63,347 nt of DNA, filler included, from Octopus bimaculoides (GCF_001194135.2; 9 parts of 8 records of this genome joined end to end with filler, not necessarily neighbours in it), one strand, 5' to 3'; shown: positions 41,995 to 55,437, numbered from the whole stretch's first letter. A program made the numbers and translations. The notes: generated by a model from the letters alone, not told the origin.

Positions 41995-42388
41995 GTTAAT
42001 AATCAGCAGTAGTCACAAGGGCCCCAAAAGCTGAGTCTCATGCCTTGCCACTTACCAGAGTTTGATTTTAAGCAATCGGCCCTGGAATTCTCAATAAACT
42101 CTGTATGTACGTGTGTATTTATGTATATAAAATCGGCAGAGGTTATAGAGAATTTAAGTGCCAAGTGTTTATGAGATGAGCATTATCGCTGTGAAAACAA
42201 CATCCATTCATGAATTTATTAATTTATTAATTTTTTTTTAATACATATTATACCTGTGAATTTGCGTATGTAAACTGGGAATGCATGCAATGAGCTTCTC
42301 TGCCCTAGGTATACGGAAAACACTCGGCGAGAAATGGAATAAAATTTGAAGAAAGAAGTGAAAAAAACAACATAATAATGATAATAAT

Positions 42389-42466
<78 letters not shown>

Positions 42467-42593
42467 AAATGATCGGTCATATGAAACAATTGTTGGTGAC
42501 TATATTTTTCATCAATTAATAAGTTNNNNNNNNNNTTCTAACACGACAGTAATGTTTGATATTTTACGATATACACACACATCCACCCCACCC

Positions 42594-42632
<39 letters not shown>

Positions 42633-43753
42633 CATTACACTCTGACCCTGAACCTTAACTGTTGATCTGTGTTAATGTCTCCAACTTTCCCCAGTAGTCT
42701 ACCTATTAGTTGTTATACAAATATTTACCACTAAATCGTTGGTTTCCATTGTGCTTAGAATTGATTCATATCATTAGCAAATATATATAATTCTAAATTT
42801 AGATGTAAATAGATTCCGATATAAATTCGTCATTGTATGGGATTTTGTACATAGTATGTAGAAGTGTGTCGAAATGTTTGTCAAATGTAGGACACTTTGC
42901 ATCGCCGCGAAAAACATCCGTTACTTGGAGTACCTAAATATTTATAATCTAGTAAAGCAAAATGACACTAATTTTATCTAAAACTTTACTGAGATTACAC
43001 AAGAAATTCAACATTTAAATAGTTTTTATATATTTTCCATAATATAATGATAACATTTGTATTAAGAAACGTACGAATCCGAAATACAAATGTCATATTA
43101 TACACCACCACACCATACTAATGACTTTCATTTATAGAATTGCAATGATGATTTAATGAGATCAAAGTTATTGGAGAAATACAGCAATGTAAAATGTTCA
43201 TATACGTTGTCAACGTACCTGTTATATATTGTCTAAAACAGACGATCACTGAAAACGTGATCCAGTTAAATATTGTAATAACGAGATATTGCATTCGTTT
43301 CGCTGATCCTATAGACGTATGAATAATTTGACTCCACTGTGCTAGCAATATTTACACAATTCCTGCGTTATCCATTCCTGAACATCGACAGCGACAATTG
43401 CGAGTCCCATCCACGAAAATACATGAATACAGCTACATAGGCATGTACAGTGCATACGATATGTGCGCATACACCCACACATACGCACGCATATAGAATT
43501 ATGTCGGCGTGTGTATACACGCACACACCCGTACTTGCCTAATCAATTCCACTTGCCTATATGCTTAAGTCCATGAAAATAATGGCGTTTAAACTTCAAT
43601 TTGAATAAAGGAATATACTCATATCTATACGTTAAGGATATTTCTCGTTTGTGCAATGAAATGCTAATATTAGGGAAATAACAAAGTAACTCATTAAGTT
43701 GATCATGCAGTTTTGCATGTATGTATATGAATGTATGTGTATATATAAATATG

Positions 43754-43792
<39 letters not shown>

Positions 43793-43837
43793 NNNNNNNN
43801 NNNNNNNNNNNNNNNNNNNNNNNNNNNNNNNNNNNNN

Positions 43838-43870
<33 letters not shown>

Positions 43871-44621
43871 ACACCTATACATATACACATATATGCGCAC
43901 ACACAAGGCTGGTTACACATATGCTGTTTTATGTCCCTATGTGTGTACACATATGTATATATTTAATTTATGTACATGCACGCATTAGATTTACATTCAA
44001 TGCATGTTTTTTGTATGAAGATCTCTTCAGCATATTGAAGCAATGAAAATAAGATTCTAGCGTAAATATGCATTTTTCAGAGATGTTTTCCAAATAAATA
44101 GATTTGTAGTGGTTTTCGGAGATTAGGAGATTAGTTTACACATCCAAGATTTAGAAGAATTTAACTCATTCAAACATAGTAAAATAACTAAATATTAGAT
44201 TTTGGATTAACATTTTGTTTCAAGTATTTTGTTATCTGGTATTTTAGAATGCAAAATAAAAGGGACTACACTAGAAATATCTGTACCACCCGATTCTACG
44301 TTCAAATACCAGGTTATCAGGATTTATTAAACTAGCTTGATAATGTAATTGCAAACCGAGCTTCTTAACCACAGAGTCATATATGTGTATGTGTATGTGC
44401 TTGTGGACTCGCGGGGACACTAATACTGTAAATTTGGTATGCACTATCGCACTATTTTTATTGCAAACTTTATAGCATAATATTGCGTAACCCAGACAGA
44501 TGTGTCAATAGGTTTATGAGGCATGGATTACTTCATGCTACCTCCTGTAGACATTTTAAGTTTCTCAACATTTTAATGGATTAATACTACTATCTGGTAG
44601 TACGAGTAGAAAGAGCGATAA

Positions 44622-44663
<42 letters not shown>

Positions 44664-45413
44664 TATTATATTATATTGTGCTACTGTGTTCGATATTGTG
44701 GTTTCGTCTCATTACATATTTACGCTATCTTTTTAGTATTTACAGTATGCTAGACGATTCTACAAAATTTCGTTCAGTTGCTTCTTCGATTGAAATTTTG
44801 TAGTGATTGCATGTGATAACTCACTTAAATTCTCTAATTTTAGCTTCTGTAATTCTGGCTATACAACACGTGGGATTTTATTCCATTAAAGTTAAAAATG
44901 TCTGTCATTTGTTGTTCAGTTTGACGGCTATAATTGCTATAATTGTGACAAGGTAGTTTTGACAGTGTCCGATAATATATCACGTGGTATGCTATAAATT
45001 GAGCTGGAAGTTCTTCAGATGATTGCTGTTAACATGAAAACAAACATTTTCCAAAAGAATGGGACTAACGACCATAAATATGCAAGATTATACAGCCAAC
45101 TAGAAAAGCTAAAAATATCTTTCTCCAGAAATGAATAAATATATAATAAAAAAAGAAAAAAAGAATGACACCACACCTATTAAAAATGCAAGGCTACACG
45201 AGATAATGACGCTGTGCATAAAAATATACATGGCATGAACACAAAGGAGAATCAGGCAGTGGCGTGATGTAGTAGATCTAAGTGCTTTACGATCTCGTCT
45301 CATGAGTATTCATAAAAAATAAACTTAAGATAATTAGTATTTTTAATACTAATTCATACACACAAGCACACATACACACAAATGAACAAACACACACCCA
45401 CGTGTTTGCGCGC

Positions 45414-45456
<43 letters not shown>

Positions 45457-45460
<4 letters not shown>

Positions 45461-46212
45461 TATAATTTAAGGCATCTAAGAGATAGCACCACGCTGAAAA
45501 TAGCAGTCAAAGCTTGACTCTAAGACCACAACAAATGTTCATATATCACCAGGAGGGAAGAGGAAGAGACAAAATAAACTAGCAAAATTTATTGGATAAT
45601 TCCAGATCCCGAATTTCTGGCTCTGCATAAGAAATGTTTTGCCTCATCAGTGGAATATGCTCAGAACAGCATGTAAATAAATATATATATATATGCAACA
45701 TATGATATACCTACATATACGAACGTATACATAAATGTATATGCACGTATGCACACGACCAGTTTGAATTACCCGCCTAAACCACTTCGTGCATTTAAAC
45801 ATCGATCTTATCCTTATTTATATAAAATTATATATTTATTTCGTCATTATATTTAGTGTGGTGATATTCTGACCATATCGCACGAGGAGTATTAAGGCGG
45901 ACAATTCAAACTGGTCGTGTGCATACGTGCATATATATGTATGTATACGTAAGTATATGTAAGTATATCGTATGTTGTATATATATATATTTGTATGTAT
46001 GTGCTTTTCTGAGTATATTCAGTGATGAGGTAAAGCATTTCTTATGCAGATCCAGAAATCCCGGATCTGGAATTATCCAGTAAATTTTGCTGATTTATTT
46101 TATCACGTCATCTCAGTTGGTGCTATATGAACATGTTTTGTGGTTTTAGAGTCAAGCTTTGACTGCTATTTCCAGCGTGGAGGTATCTATTAGCCACCCT
46201 AAAGTATAATTT
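45457..46212. repeat. Fold-back element: about 340-bp imperfect inverted arms around an about 80-bp spacer
   Basis: 45457-45795 matches the reverse complement of 45878-46212 along its length, e.g. GCACACGACCAGTTTGAATT / AATTCAAACTGGTCGTGTGC. Confidence 0.9.
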
Positions 46213-46292
46213 TAAATAGTTATGACCGTTGATGGTTTTTATTTCCATGCTGGCCACTTGATAAAATCGGTATTTTAATATCGATCTTATCA

Positions 46293-46345
<53 letters not shown>

Positions 46346-46515
46346 AGCATACATATATGCATACATGAATGTATATACGCACGCATCCTTATAATTATAT
46401 ATAGAGATATATAATTTCTAACTTTATTTCTTATTTTATTGGTAAATATTAGTTACATATGATTTTCGTGCAGAAATAACGTTTTTTTTTTTTTTGCAAT
46501 ACGTTATGTCGATTG

Positions 46516-47331
46516 TACAGGGTGTTCCAAAAGGCACTGATGGGATTCAAGTTTTAATAATATCCATAACTTTACAAATAAATACATGAAATTTTGATGC
46601 AATATGAAGGACATAATGGGGATAATATGTACAAGTCAAACATTGTAACATTACTACATCACATATGAAAAAAGACATCGCTTCAATGGCAGCCATTTTC
46701 GGCTTCCCACGCTCGTACCCTTTCCAAAACTTGCACCATAACACCCGCAAACGTTTCAGACCCCACGTCTCTGATTTGTCTACTGATGTTCTCCTTCCGT
46801 TGTACCAGTGTCGCCTGTTTCTTGACGTAAACCCTACCTTTCAGGTATCCCCACAAGAAAAAATCTGGGCTAATCAAGTCTGGGAAATTGAAGGCCAGTT
46901 GACATTGCTGTAGCAGTAAATTATTCTCTCCAAGACTGCCGTAGCAACTGCATTGCTTTTCTTGCGGTATGAGCAGTTGCCTCATCTTGCTGGAAGCATG
47001 TTTGAGGTCTACTTTTGAATGACCGGGTGCAAAAAGGTCACAATCATGGACCGGAGAGCCTGGTGCAACTGAAGGACAACATCAATAGAGAAATCAGAGA
47101 ATTGGGGTCTGAAACTCGTGGAGGTGTTATGGTGCAAGTTTTTGGAAAGAGCACGGACGTACGGAGCCGAAAATGGCTGCCATTTAAGCGATGTCATTTT
47201 TCATATGTGATGTAGTAGTCTTGCAAAATTTGACGTAAGCATATTAATCTGCATAATGTCCTTCATATTGTATTAAAATTTCATGTAGTTATTTGTAAAG
47301 TTAAGGAAGTTATTAAAAATTGAAACCTGTA
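46516..47331. mobile_element. Fold-back made of two opposed 3' ends of a rosa/maT-like (Tc1/mariner superfamily) transposon
   Basis: Left arm (minus) encodes FQQDEATAHTARKAM...PDFFLWGYLKGRVY...ENGCH; right arm (plus) carries the homologous C-terminus. Ends are TACAGGGTG and CCTGTA. Confidence 0.85.
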
Positions 47332-47745
47332 TATTATGACATTTTAATAAATTTCCAGCATAACTTCTATTATTCTAATAAAGAATATAAATGTCAGATA
47401 TCTATTGCCCTGTTTTTTGTTTTGTTTTTAAAGTAAAATAGGGTGGTTATTACATGAATGTGTTCTCATTCGTCATTTTCGTTTAGGACCAAAATCGAAG
47501 GTGGGGGTGTATAATTCCAGCGATAGCGTTCTATTGACAATTGTGTTCATCATAGCCGACGTTATATATATATATATAGGAAAATACATATGCATACATA
47601 CACACATATACACACACAAACACGCGCACGCCCACACACAAACACACATTGATATATGTGTGCGCGTACGTATCTATCTATCTGTATGTATAAATGTATG
47701 TTTGTATGTATGTATGTTTCTATGTATGTATGTATATGTATAAAA

Positions 47746-47958
47746 GGCGAGCTGGTAGAATTGTTAGTTCGCCGGGGGAAATGCTTACTTAGCGGTATTT
47801 CACCTGTTGCTACGATCTGAGTTCACATTCGGCCGGGGTTGACTTTGCCTTTTATCCTTTCGGTGTTGATAAATTAAGTACAAATTACGTATTTGGGTCG
47901 ATCTAATCGACTGCCCCTCCCCCACTAATATTTTGGGCATTGTGCCTAGAGTAGAAAA

Positions 47959-47962
<4 letters not shown>
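47746..47962 (+). mobile_element. SINE (family A)
   Basis: Match to 25691-25905. Confidence 0.85.
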
Positions 47963-48001
<39 letters not shown>

Positions 48002-48084
48002 CAAACTTAAACGCACACAAACACACACACGCACGCACAAACACACACACACACATTTGATATATGTATGTGGTGAGGGAGAGA

Positions 48085-49083
48085 GAGAGAAGCATTGTCT
48101 TGAAAAGATAGAAGTGAGAGAAAAACAGGTCCGTTCTGTTAAACGTCTGTGTAGGAAAAGAAAGGTAGTCACGTTAGGAAAATAAAGATGGAGCAACGAG
48201 AGAGAAAGAAAGATAAAGAAGAGAGAGAGTGGGAGAGAGCTGTCACAGCATTCACCATTTCCTGTAATTCTGGTCTAAAGACCCTCCATGTTTGTTTTCG
48301 TTTGGTTTCCTTGTGTCATGTTTTTTTTTTTCCTAACCTTGACCCTCCATAAATTCTAAATCAAACTGTCTTTGATGACTCATGTCGTTGAATGCTCGAA
48401 ATGAGGAGTAGGTAGACAGCCGATAAATGATGAAGGTCCTTTCTCTGTGTTTACTTGTCCTGTTTTGCATTTTCTCTCCTTTTTCCCGTATTTAACTCGC
48501 TTGTTCACGAATTTCATGTTGTTTACAAAGTTGGTAGTGTCCCGTACCCAAATATATATATATTCCCCCATCCTTCTCTAATTCACATTTTCTCCCCTTC
48601 ACCGTTTTCTATCTGTCTCCGTTTCTCGCACTCTTCTCTTTCTTATCTCACGTTGCTCACACGTGACCATCATCCATCTTTTTTCCTCACGTGAACATCT
48701 TTCTTTTCCTTCGGGATGTCCTAGTGACTGGACGTCTTCTATCCCTCTCTTCCACGTTTTCTCTTTTCAAAGCGTTCGCTATTATACCCTCCATGTTTGT
48801 GTTCATTCAGTTACCTTGTATTTCTCCACTCTCCTGTTTTTGTTCCCAACCTTTACCCTCCAGGAATTCTAAATTTTATTTTGGTATTTATAGGAGCGAC
48901 TGTCTTCGAAATCTCATATTGCCGTCCAATGCACGAAATGAGGATTGGTTAGACAAGTGATGAAGGGTCCTTTCTCTGTGTTTACCTATCCAGTTTTCCA
49001 TTTGCTTCTCTCGTTGTTTGCGTAACTCATTGATTTAGGTATTTCAGGTTCTTTACGCTGTTGGTGACGTCCTATAACCAGAT

Positions 49084-49085
<2 letters not shown>
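48085..49085 (+). mobile_element. Family F repeat: inverted 5' piece, copy 2 (48240-48556) and tandem copy 3 (48565-49085)
   Basis: Shared diagnostic motifs with 10790-11345; 48085-48215 matches the reverse complement of the family's 5' part. Confidence 0.8.
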
Positions 49086-49128
<43 letters not shown>

Positions 49129-49228
49129 NNNNNNNNNNNNNNNNNNNNNNNNNNNNNNNNNNNNNNNNNNNNTTAATTAATTAANNNNNNNNNNNNNNNN
49201 NNNNNNNNNNNNNNNNNNNNNNNNNNNN

Positions 49229-51306
49229 ACATCAATACCATCGGCAACAACGTCAATACCATCCGCAACAACATCAATACCATCAGCAACTACGTCAATA
49301 TCATCCGCAACCACATCAAAACCATCAGCAACAACATCAATACCATCGGCAACAACGTCAATACCATCGGCAACAACATCAATACCATCGGCAACAACGT
49401 CAATACCATCGGCTACAACATCAATACCATCGGCAACAACGTCAATACCATCGGCAACAACATCAACACCATCGGCAACAACGTCAATACCATCGGCAAC
49501 AACAAAAATACCATCAGCAACAATGTCAATACCATCGGCAACAACGTCAATACCATCGGCAACAACATCAATCCCATCAGCAACTACATCAATACCATCA
49601 GCAACAACATCAGTACCATCAGCAACACCGTCAATACCATCAGCAACAACTTCAATACCATCAGCAACAACTTCAATACCATCAGCAACAACGTCAATAC
49701 CATCAGCAACAACGTCAATACCATCAGCAACTACATTAATACCATCAGCAACAACATCAATACCATCATCAACTACATCAATACCATCAGCAACAACATC
49801 AATACCATCAGCAACAACATCAATACCATCAGCAACTACATTAATACCATCAGCAATAGCATCAATACCATCAGCAACTACATCAATACCATCAGCAACT
49901 ACGTCAATACCATCAGCAACAACTTCAATACCATCAGCAACAACATCAATACCATCAGCAACAACGTCAATACCATCAGCAACTACATCAATACCATCAG
50001 CAACAACATCAATACCATCAGCAACTGCATCAATACCATCAGCAACTACATTAATACCATCAGCAACAACTTCAATACCATCAGCAACAACGTCAATACC
50101 ATCAGCAACTACATTAATACCATCAGCAACAACATCAGTACCATCAGCAACTACATCAATACCATCAGCAACAACGTCAATACCATCAGCAACCACATCA
50201 ATACAATCAGCAACTACATCAATACCATCAGCAACAACATCAATACCATCAGCAACAACGTCAATACCATCAGCAACTACATCAATACCATCAGCAACAA
50301 CGTCAATACCATCAGCAACTACATCAATACCATCCGCAACAACGTCAATACCATCAGCAACAACATCAATACCATCAGCAACAACATCAATACCATCAGC
50401 AACTACATTAATACCATCAGCAACTACGTCAATACCATCAGCAACTACATTAATACCATCAGCAACAACTTCAATACCATCCGCAACAACGTCAATACCA
50501 TCAGCAACAACGTCAATACCATCAGCAACTACATTAATAGCATCAGCAACAACATCAATACCATCAGCAACTACATCAATACCATCAGCAACGACGTCAA
50601 TACCATCAGCAACAACATCAATACCATCAGCAACTACATTAATACAATCAGCAATAACATCAATACCATCAGCAACTACATCAATACCATCAGTAACAAC
50701 GTCAATACCATCAGCAACTACATCAATACCATCAGCAGCAACATCAATACCATCGGCAACAACGTCAATACCATCAGCAACTACATCAATACCATCGGCA
50801 ACAACTTCAATACCATCGGCAACAACATCAATACCATCAGCAACTACGTCAATACCATCCGCAACAACATCAATACCATCGGCAACAACATCAATACCAT
50901 CGGCAACAACGTCAATACCATCGGTAACAACGTCAATACCATCGGAAACAACGTCAATACCATCGGCAACAACATCAATACCATCAGCAACAACATCAAT
51001 CCCAACAGCAACAACGTCAATACCATCGGCAACAACATCAATGCCATCAGCAACAACATCAATCCCAACAGTAACAACGTCAATACCATCAGCAACAACA
51101 TCAATACCATCAGCAACTACGTCAATACCATCGGCAACAACGTCAATACCATCAGCAACAACGTCAATACCATCAGCAACTACATTAATACCATCAGCAA
51201 CAACATCAATACCATCATCAACTACATCAATACCATCAGCAACAACGTCAATACCATCAGCAACTACATCAATACCATCAGCAACTACGTCAATACCATC
51301 AGCAAC
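49229..51306. repeat. 21-bp tandem repeat (GCAACAACATCAATACCATCA)n, about 99 units, between two gaps
   Basis: Directly visible; 2078 bp divided by 21. Confidence 0.97.
49229..51306 (+). CDS. Candidate mucin-like Thr/Ser/Pro repeat exon (TTSIPSA)n
   Basis: Uninterrupted frame (ORF track 49523-51358; upstream also reads open). Most unit variants are synonymous third-position changes. No flanking context because of gaps. Confidence 0.4.
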
Positions 51307-51406
51307 NNNNNNNNNNNNNNNNNNNNNNNNNNNNNNNNNNNNNNNNNNNNTTAATTAATTAANNNNNNNNNNNNNNNNNNNNNNNNNNNNNNNNNNNNNN
51401 NNNNNN

Positions 51407-51451
<45 letters not shown>

Positions 51452-51719
51452 GAGAGAGAGAGAGAGATGTACACAAGTACACACATACATATGCGTATAT
51501 ATATAAAACGATACACGTGTGTGTGTTGTGCTAGTGTATATATGTGTGTGTATGTATATGCATGTGTATAAATATACACACACATACACACATTCTCACG
51601 CACACATGCACTTTACATATGTGCACACATATTTAAAGGATAGCTATTATCTCCTAATATCTTAATAGTACAAACAAAAATTCAGATCAGTTGGTCAGAG
51701 AGAGAGAGAGAGAGAGAGG

Positions 51720-51816
<97 letters not shown>

Positions 51817-52129
51817 TTGGTCAGAGAAAGAGAGCGAAATGGAGAAAGAGAGCGGTAGAGAGAAACTGGGAGACAGTGGAGCAGAGGTTTACATGGCAAC
51901 CTGTCGTATTCAATGAAACCTAAACAACTCGAAAGCATTCCTGGAAGCTACTTTGGACATCATCAATTGGCAGTGGGGAATCTGGTGAAGGAGTCTTAAT
52001 CTCTAACAATAAATAAATAAAAATAAGAATTATAAGGAAAATAAGAAATAAAGAAGGGCGCAAACATCTTTCAGCTAATGTTTTTGACGAGCTTGAAAAA
52101 GCAGCCGCAGTAGTCGAAGTAGTCGTTGT

Positions 52130-52145
52130 ATCATTATTATTATTA

Positions 52146-52201
<56 letters not shown>

Positions 52202-52290
52202 GAGTGAGAGAGCAAATCATGCCATCAAAGTGACACTGTGGTACAAATATATGAAGCCCAGTATACTCATCATGATTCCCCATATTGATT
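52130..52290 (-). mobile_element. Family H SINE 3' end with (TAA)n tail
   Basis: Reverse-complement match to about 32360-32410. Confidence 0.6.
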
Positions 52291-52524
52291 TTCGATCGTT
52301 TTAATCGATTTAAATATTCTTTATTTTCTATTTGAAAATTTGGTTATGAAACACTAGTAGTCGTTTTATTACCATTATCTTATGGTATTTACTTTGTATT
52401 ATATTATACTTATTTATCGTGCATTTATTTATTATTTATTAATTTTTCTATATTTGACTGTGGATTTTCATGGATAAGTTCATGAACTTTGGTTCTTTGC
52501 TCTAAAACTATATATGTATGTATG

Positions 52525-52561
<37 letters not shown>

Positions 52562-52572
52562 ATATATATATA

Positions 52573-53249
52573 TGCATATATGGATAAAGGACGTCACGAA
52601 CGGCGCAAATAACATACACACGAGAGATAGATACAAGACATGGACAGTAATTACAGGACAAGACCCAGTGAAATACGTAAGCAACCAGAAAAAAATGGAA
52701 AATAGTACAAATTAACAGAAAAAGGACCCTTCATCAGTTGTCCGCTGTCTATCTACTCCTCATTTCGAGCATTCCTTGTATGGCTCCACTGTTATTTTTT
52801 GTTCCCAACTTTGACCCTCCATAAATCCTAAATTTTATTTTAGAATTTATGGAAGCTAGTGTCTCATATTGTCGTTTGAATATTATTTATTTATTTAATT
52901 GAACGCGACGCATCCATTCCCAAGTAAAGTAATCTTCATCCATTTTTTGGCGACTCTCTTCTCTGTACTATTTTCTTCCTCTCGTCTTTGCTTCCTTCTT
53001 CCTCTATCCTTCTTTAATTTCCTTTCTCCACCTCATTCCTTCACCGTTTTTCTATCTGTCTATCTCACCCCTCTTTCCCTTTCTCTTGCTCTCTTTTTCC
53101 TTGCTCACATGTGACCATTGTCCATTCTTCTTTTCCTCACGTAACCATCTTTCTTTCTTGCTCAGGTGCCTAAAAGACTGAACGTCTCTTTCTCTCTCTC
53201 TCTCTCTCTCTCCCTCTCTCTTCCTCTCTCTCTCTCTCTNNNNNNNNNN

Positions 53250-53296
<47 letters not shown>

Positions 53297-53705
53297 TCTC
53301 TCTCTCTCTCAATTCTATCGTTTCTCTTTTCAAAAAATGTCTCTCCCAGCGTTCACTATTCTCCTATCGTTTCGGTTTCCTTGTATGTCTCCACTGTTAT
53401 TTTTTTCTTCCCAACTTTGACTCTCCATAAATCCTAAATTTTATTCTAGAATATATGGAGGGTGGGGTACTGTCTTTGAATACTCATATTGTTGTTTGAA
53501 TACTCCAAATGAGGAGTATATAGGCAGCCGACAACTGATGAAGGGTCCTTTTTCTGCTTTAACTTGTCCTATTTTCCATTTTTTTCTCACTGTTTACGTA
53601 TTTCACTCGGTTTTGTCATGCAATCACAGTCCACGTCTTGTATCTATCTCTCGTGTGTTTGTTATTTGTACCGTTGGTGACGTCCTGTACCCATATATGC
53701 ATGTG
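52573..53705. mobile_element. Family F repeat: rearranged copy 4 (52573-52881) and near-complete copy 5 (52960-53705)
   Basis: 52573-52774 is the reverse complement of about 53490-53705; 52772-52881 is the middle segment in plus orientation. Confidence 0.85.
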
Positions 53706-53707
53706 TG

Positions 53708-53740
<33 letters not shown>

Positions 53741-54095
53741 NNNNNNNNNNNNNNNNNNNNNNNNNNNNNNNNNNNNNNNNNNNNNNNNNNNNNNNNNNNN
53801 NNNNNNNNNNNNNNNNNNNNNNNNNNNNNNNNNNNNNNNNNNNNNNNNNNNNNNNNNNNNNNNNNNNNNNNNNNNNNNNNNNNNNNNNNNNNNNNNNNNN
53901 NNNNNNNNNNNNNNNNNNNNNNNNNNNNNNNNNNNNNNNNNNNNNNNNNNNNNNNNNNNNNNNNNNNNNNNNNNNNNNNNNNNNNNNNNNNNNNNNNNNN
54001 NNNNNNNNNNNNNNNNNNNNNNNNNNNNNNNNNNNNNNNNNNNNNNNNNNNNNNNNNNNNNNNNNNNNNNNNNNNNNNNNNNNNNNNNNNNNNNC

Positions 54096-55281
54096 ACTGG
54101 AAGAGAAAAAGCGTTTTGTGTGTCGGAGTATGCTCGAACACAGTCGAACAAGACTGTGCAGCGTGCATTTATGATAGAGTTCTCTAAAAAGTCAACGGCA
54201 ATGCAGATTTGGACAGGGTACAAAAAACTCAGAGGAAGGCTGTCTGTGCAGGGCAAAAGGATTTGGACGACCACTAACATCGAAAGAGACGGTCGAGCGG
54301 GTTCATGAAAACTCTTGCGAAGCCCCAAGAAGTCCATAAGAAGAACAAGTCTGGAAAGCCAGATTCCTCCAGCGACAGTCTGGCGCGTCTTGCTAATGAA
54401 ACCCTACAAGCTACAGCTCGTTCAGTCCATAACGGCAGACGGCAAGCGAAAGCGCAAACAATTCTGTCTTGATATGCAAGAGAAACTTGAAGAAGCCGAG
54501 TTCAAGGAACGTCATGTTTTCAGTGATGAGGCTTCATTTCATACGAATGGCAAAGTCAATAAACATAATGTTCGCATTTGAGGCAAAGAAAATCCTCATT
54601 CCACAGTTGAGCATAAGAGGGACTCACCAAAAATGAATGTGCTCTGCGCCACCTCCAAGAAGCATCTTCATGGCTCGTTTTTCTTTGAGGGAAATGTGAC
54701 CGACGATGTTTATCTGTAAATGCTTCAGAACTGGCTAACGGACGAGCTCATTGCAAATGAACATGATGATTTCATTTTTCAACAGGACGGGGCTCCACCT
54801 CACTGGAAGCTCACTGTGCGGGCTTATCTCAATGACAATCTGCGAGGGAGATAGACCGGGCATACTGGTGATGAAGACAATGTGCTGTTGAAATGGCCGC
54901 CACATTCACCTGACCTGATGCCTTGCGATTTTTTCCCCTGGGTCTATGTGAAAGGCCTGGCCTATGTCCCACCTCTTCCTGTAAACCTAGAGCAACTCGA
55001 GCAGAGAATCACTACCGCACTGGAGACTGTTACTCACATGCTCCAGCGTGTTTGGGTGGAGCTGGACTACCGACTTGAAGTGTGCCGTGTCTCAGGTAGT
55101 GCGCATATTGAACATTTGTGAAATCGTTCATAGAACCCACATACCTTTGAATTTCTCATTCAAACTTGGAGGAATAAATGCTATGTTGCTCAACATTAAG
55201 CCTGTTTAATTTCATAGCTTTGACCGTGTAGTTTCTGTGATATTTACATCTCAAATATCAAATGTTTTGAAACACCTTGTA
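54096..55281 (+). mobile_element. rosa-like (DD41D-related) transposon with DD46D spacing; disrupted
   Basis: EKAFCVSEYARTQSNKTVQRAF, FSDEASFH (D 54525), FQQDGAPPHW (D 54786), WPPHSPDLMPCDFF (D 54927). Several in-frame stops; 3' TIR TTTTGAAACACCTTGTA. Confidence 0.9.
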
Positions 55282-55395
55282 TATGTATATATATANNNNN
55301 NNNNNNNNNNNNNNNNNNNNNNNNNNNNNNNNNNNNNNNTTAATTAATTAANNNNNNNNNNNNNNNNNNNNNNNNNNNNNNNNNNNNNNNNNNNN

Positions 55396-55437
<42 letters not shown>

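Noticed and set aside
45590-45655. Hammerhead-like CTGATGA-GGC...GCC-AGAAA on the minus strand in the fold-back arm
   Set aside because: Stem I cannot be formed, and the partner arm has GTGATGA.
50844-51116. Met/Leu/Val-rich minus-strand ORF
   Set aside because: An alternative frame of the 21-bp repeat that is interrupted elsewhere by stops.
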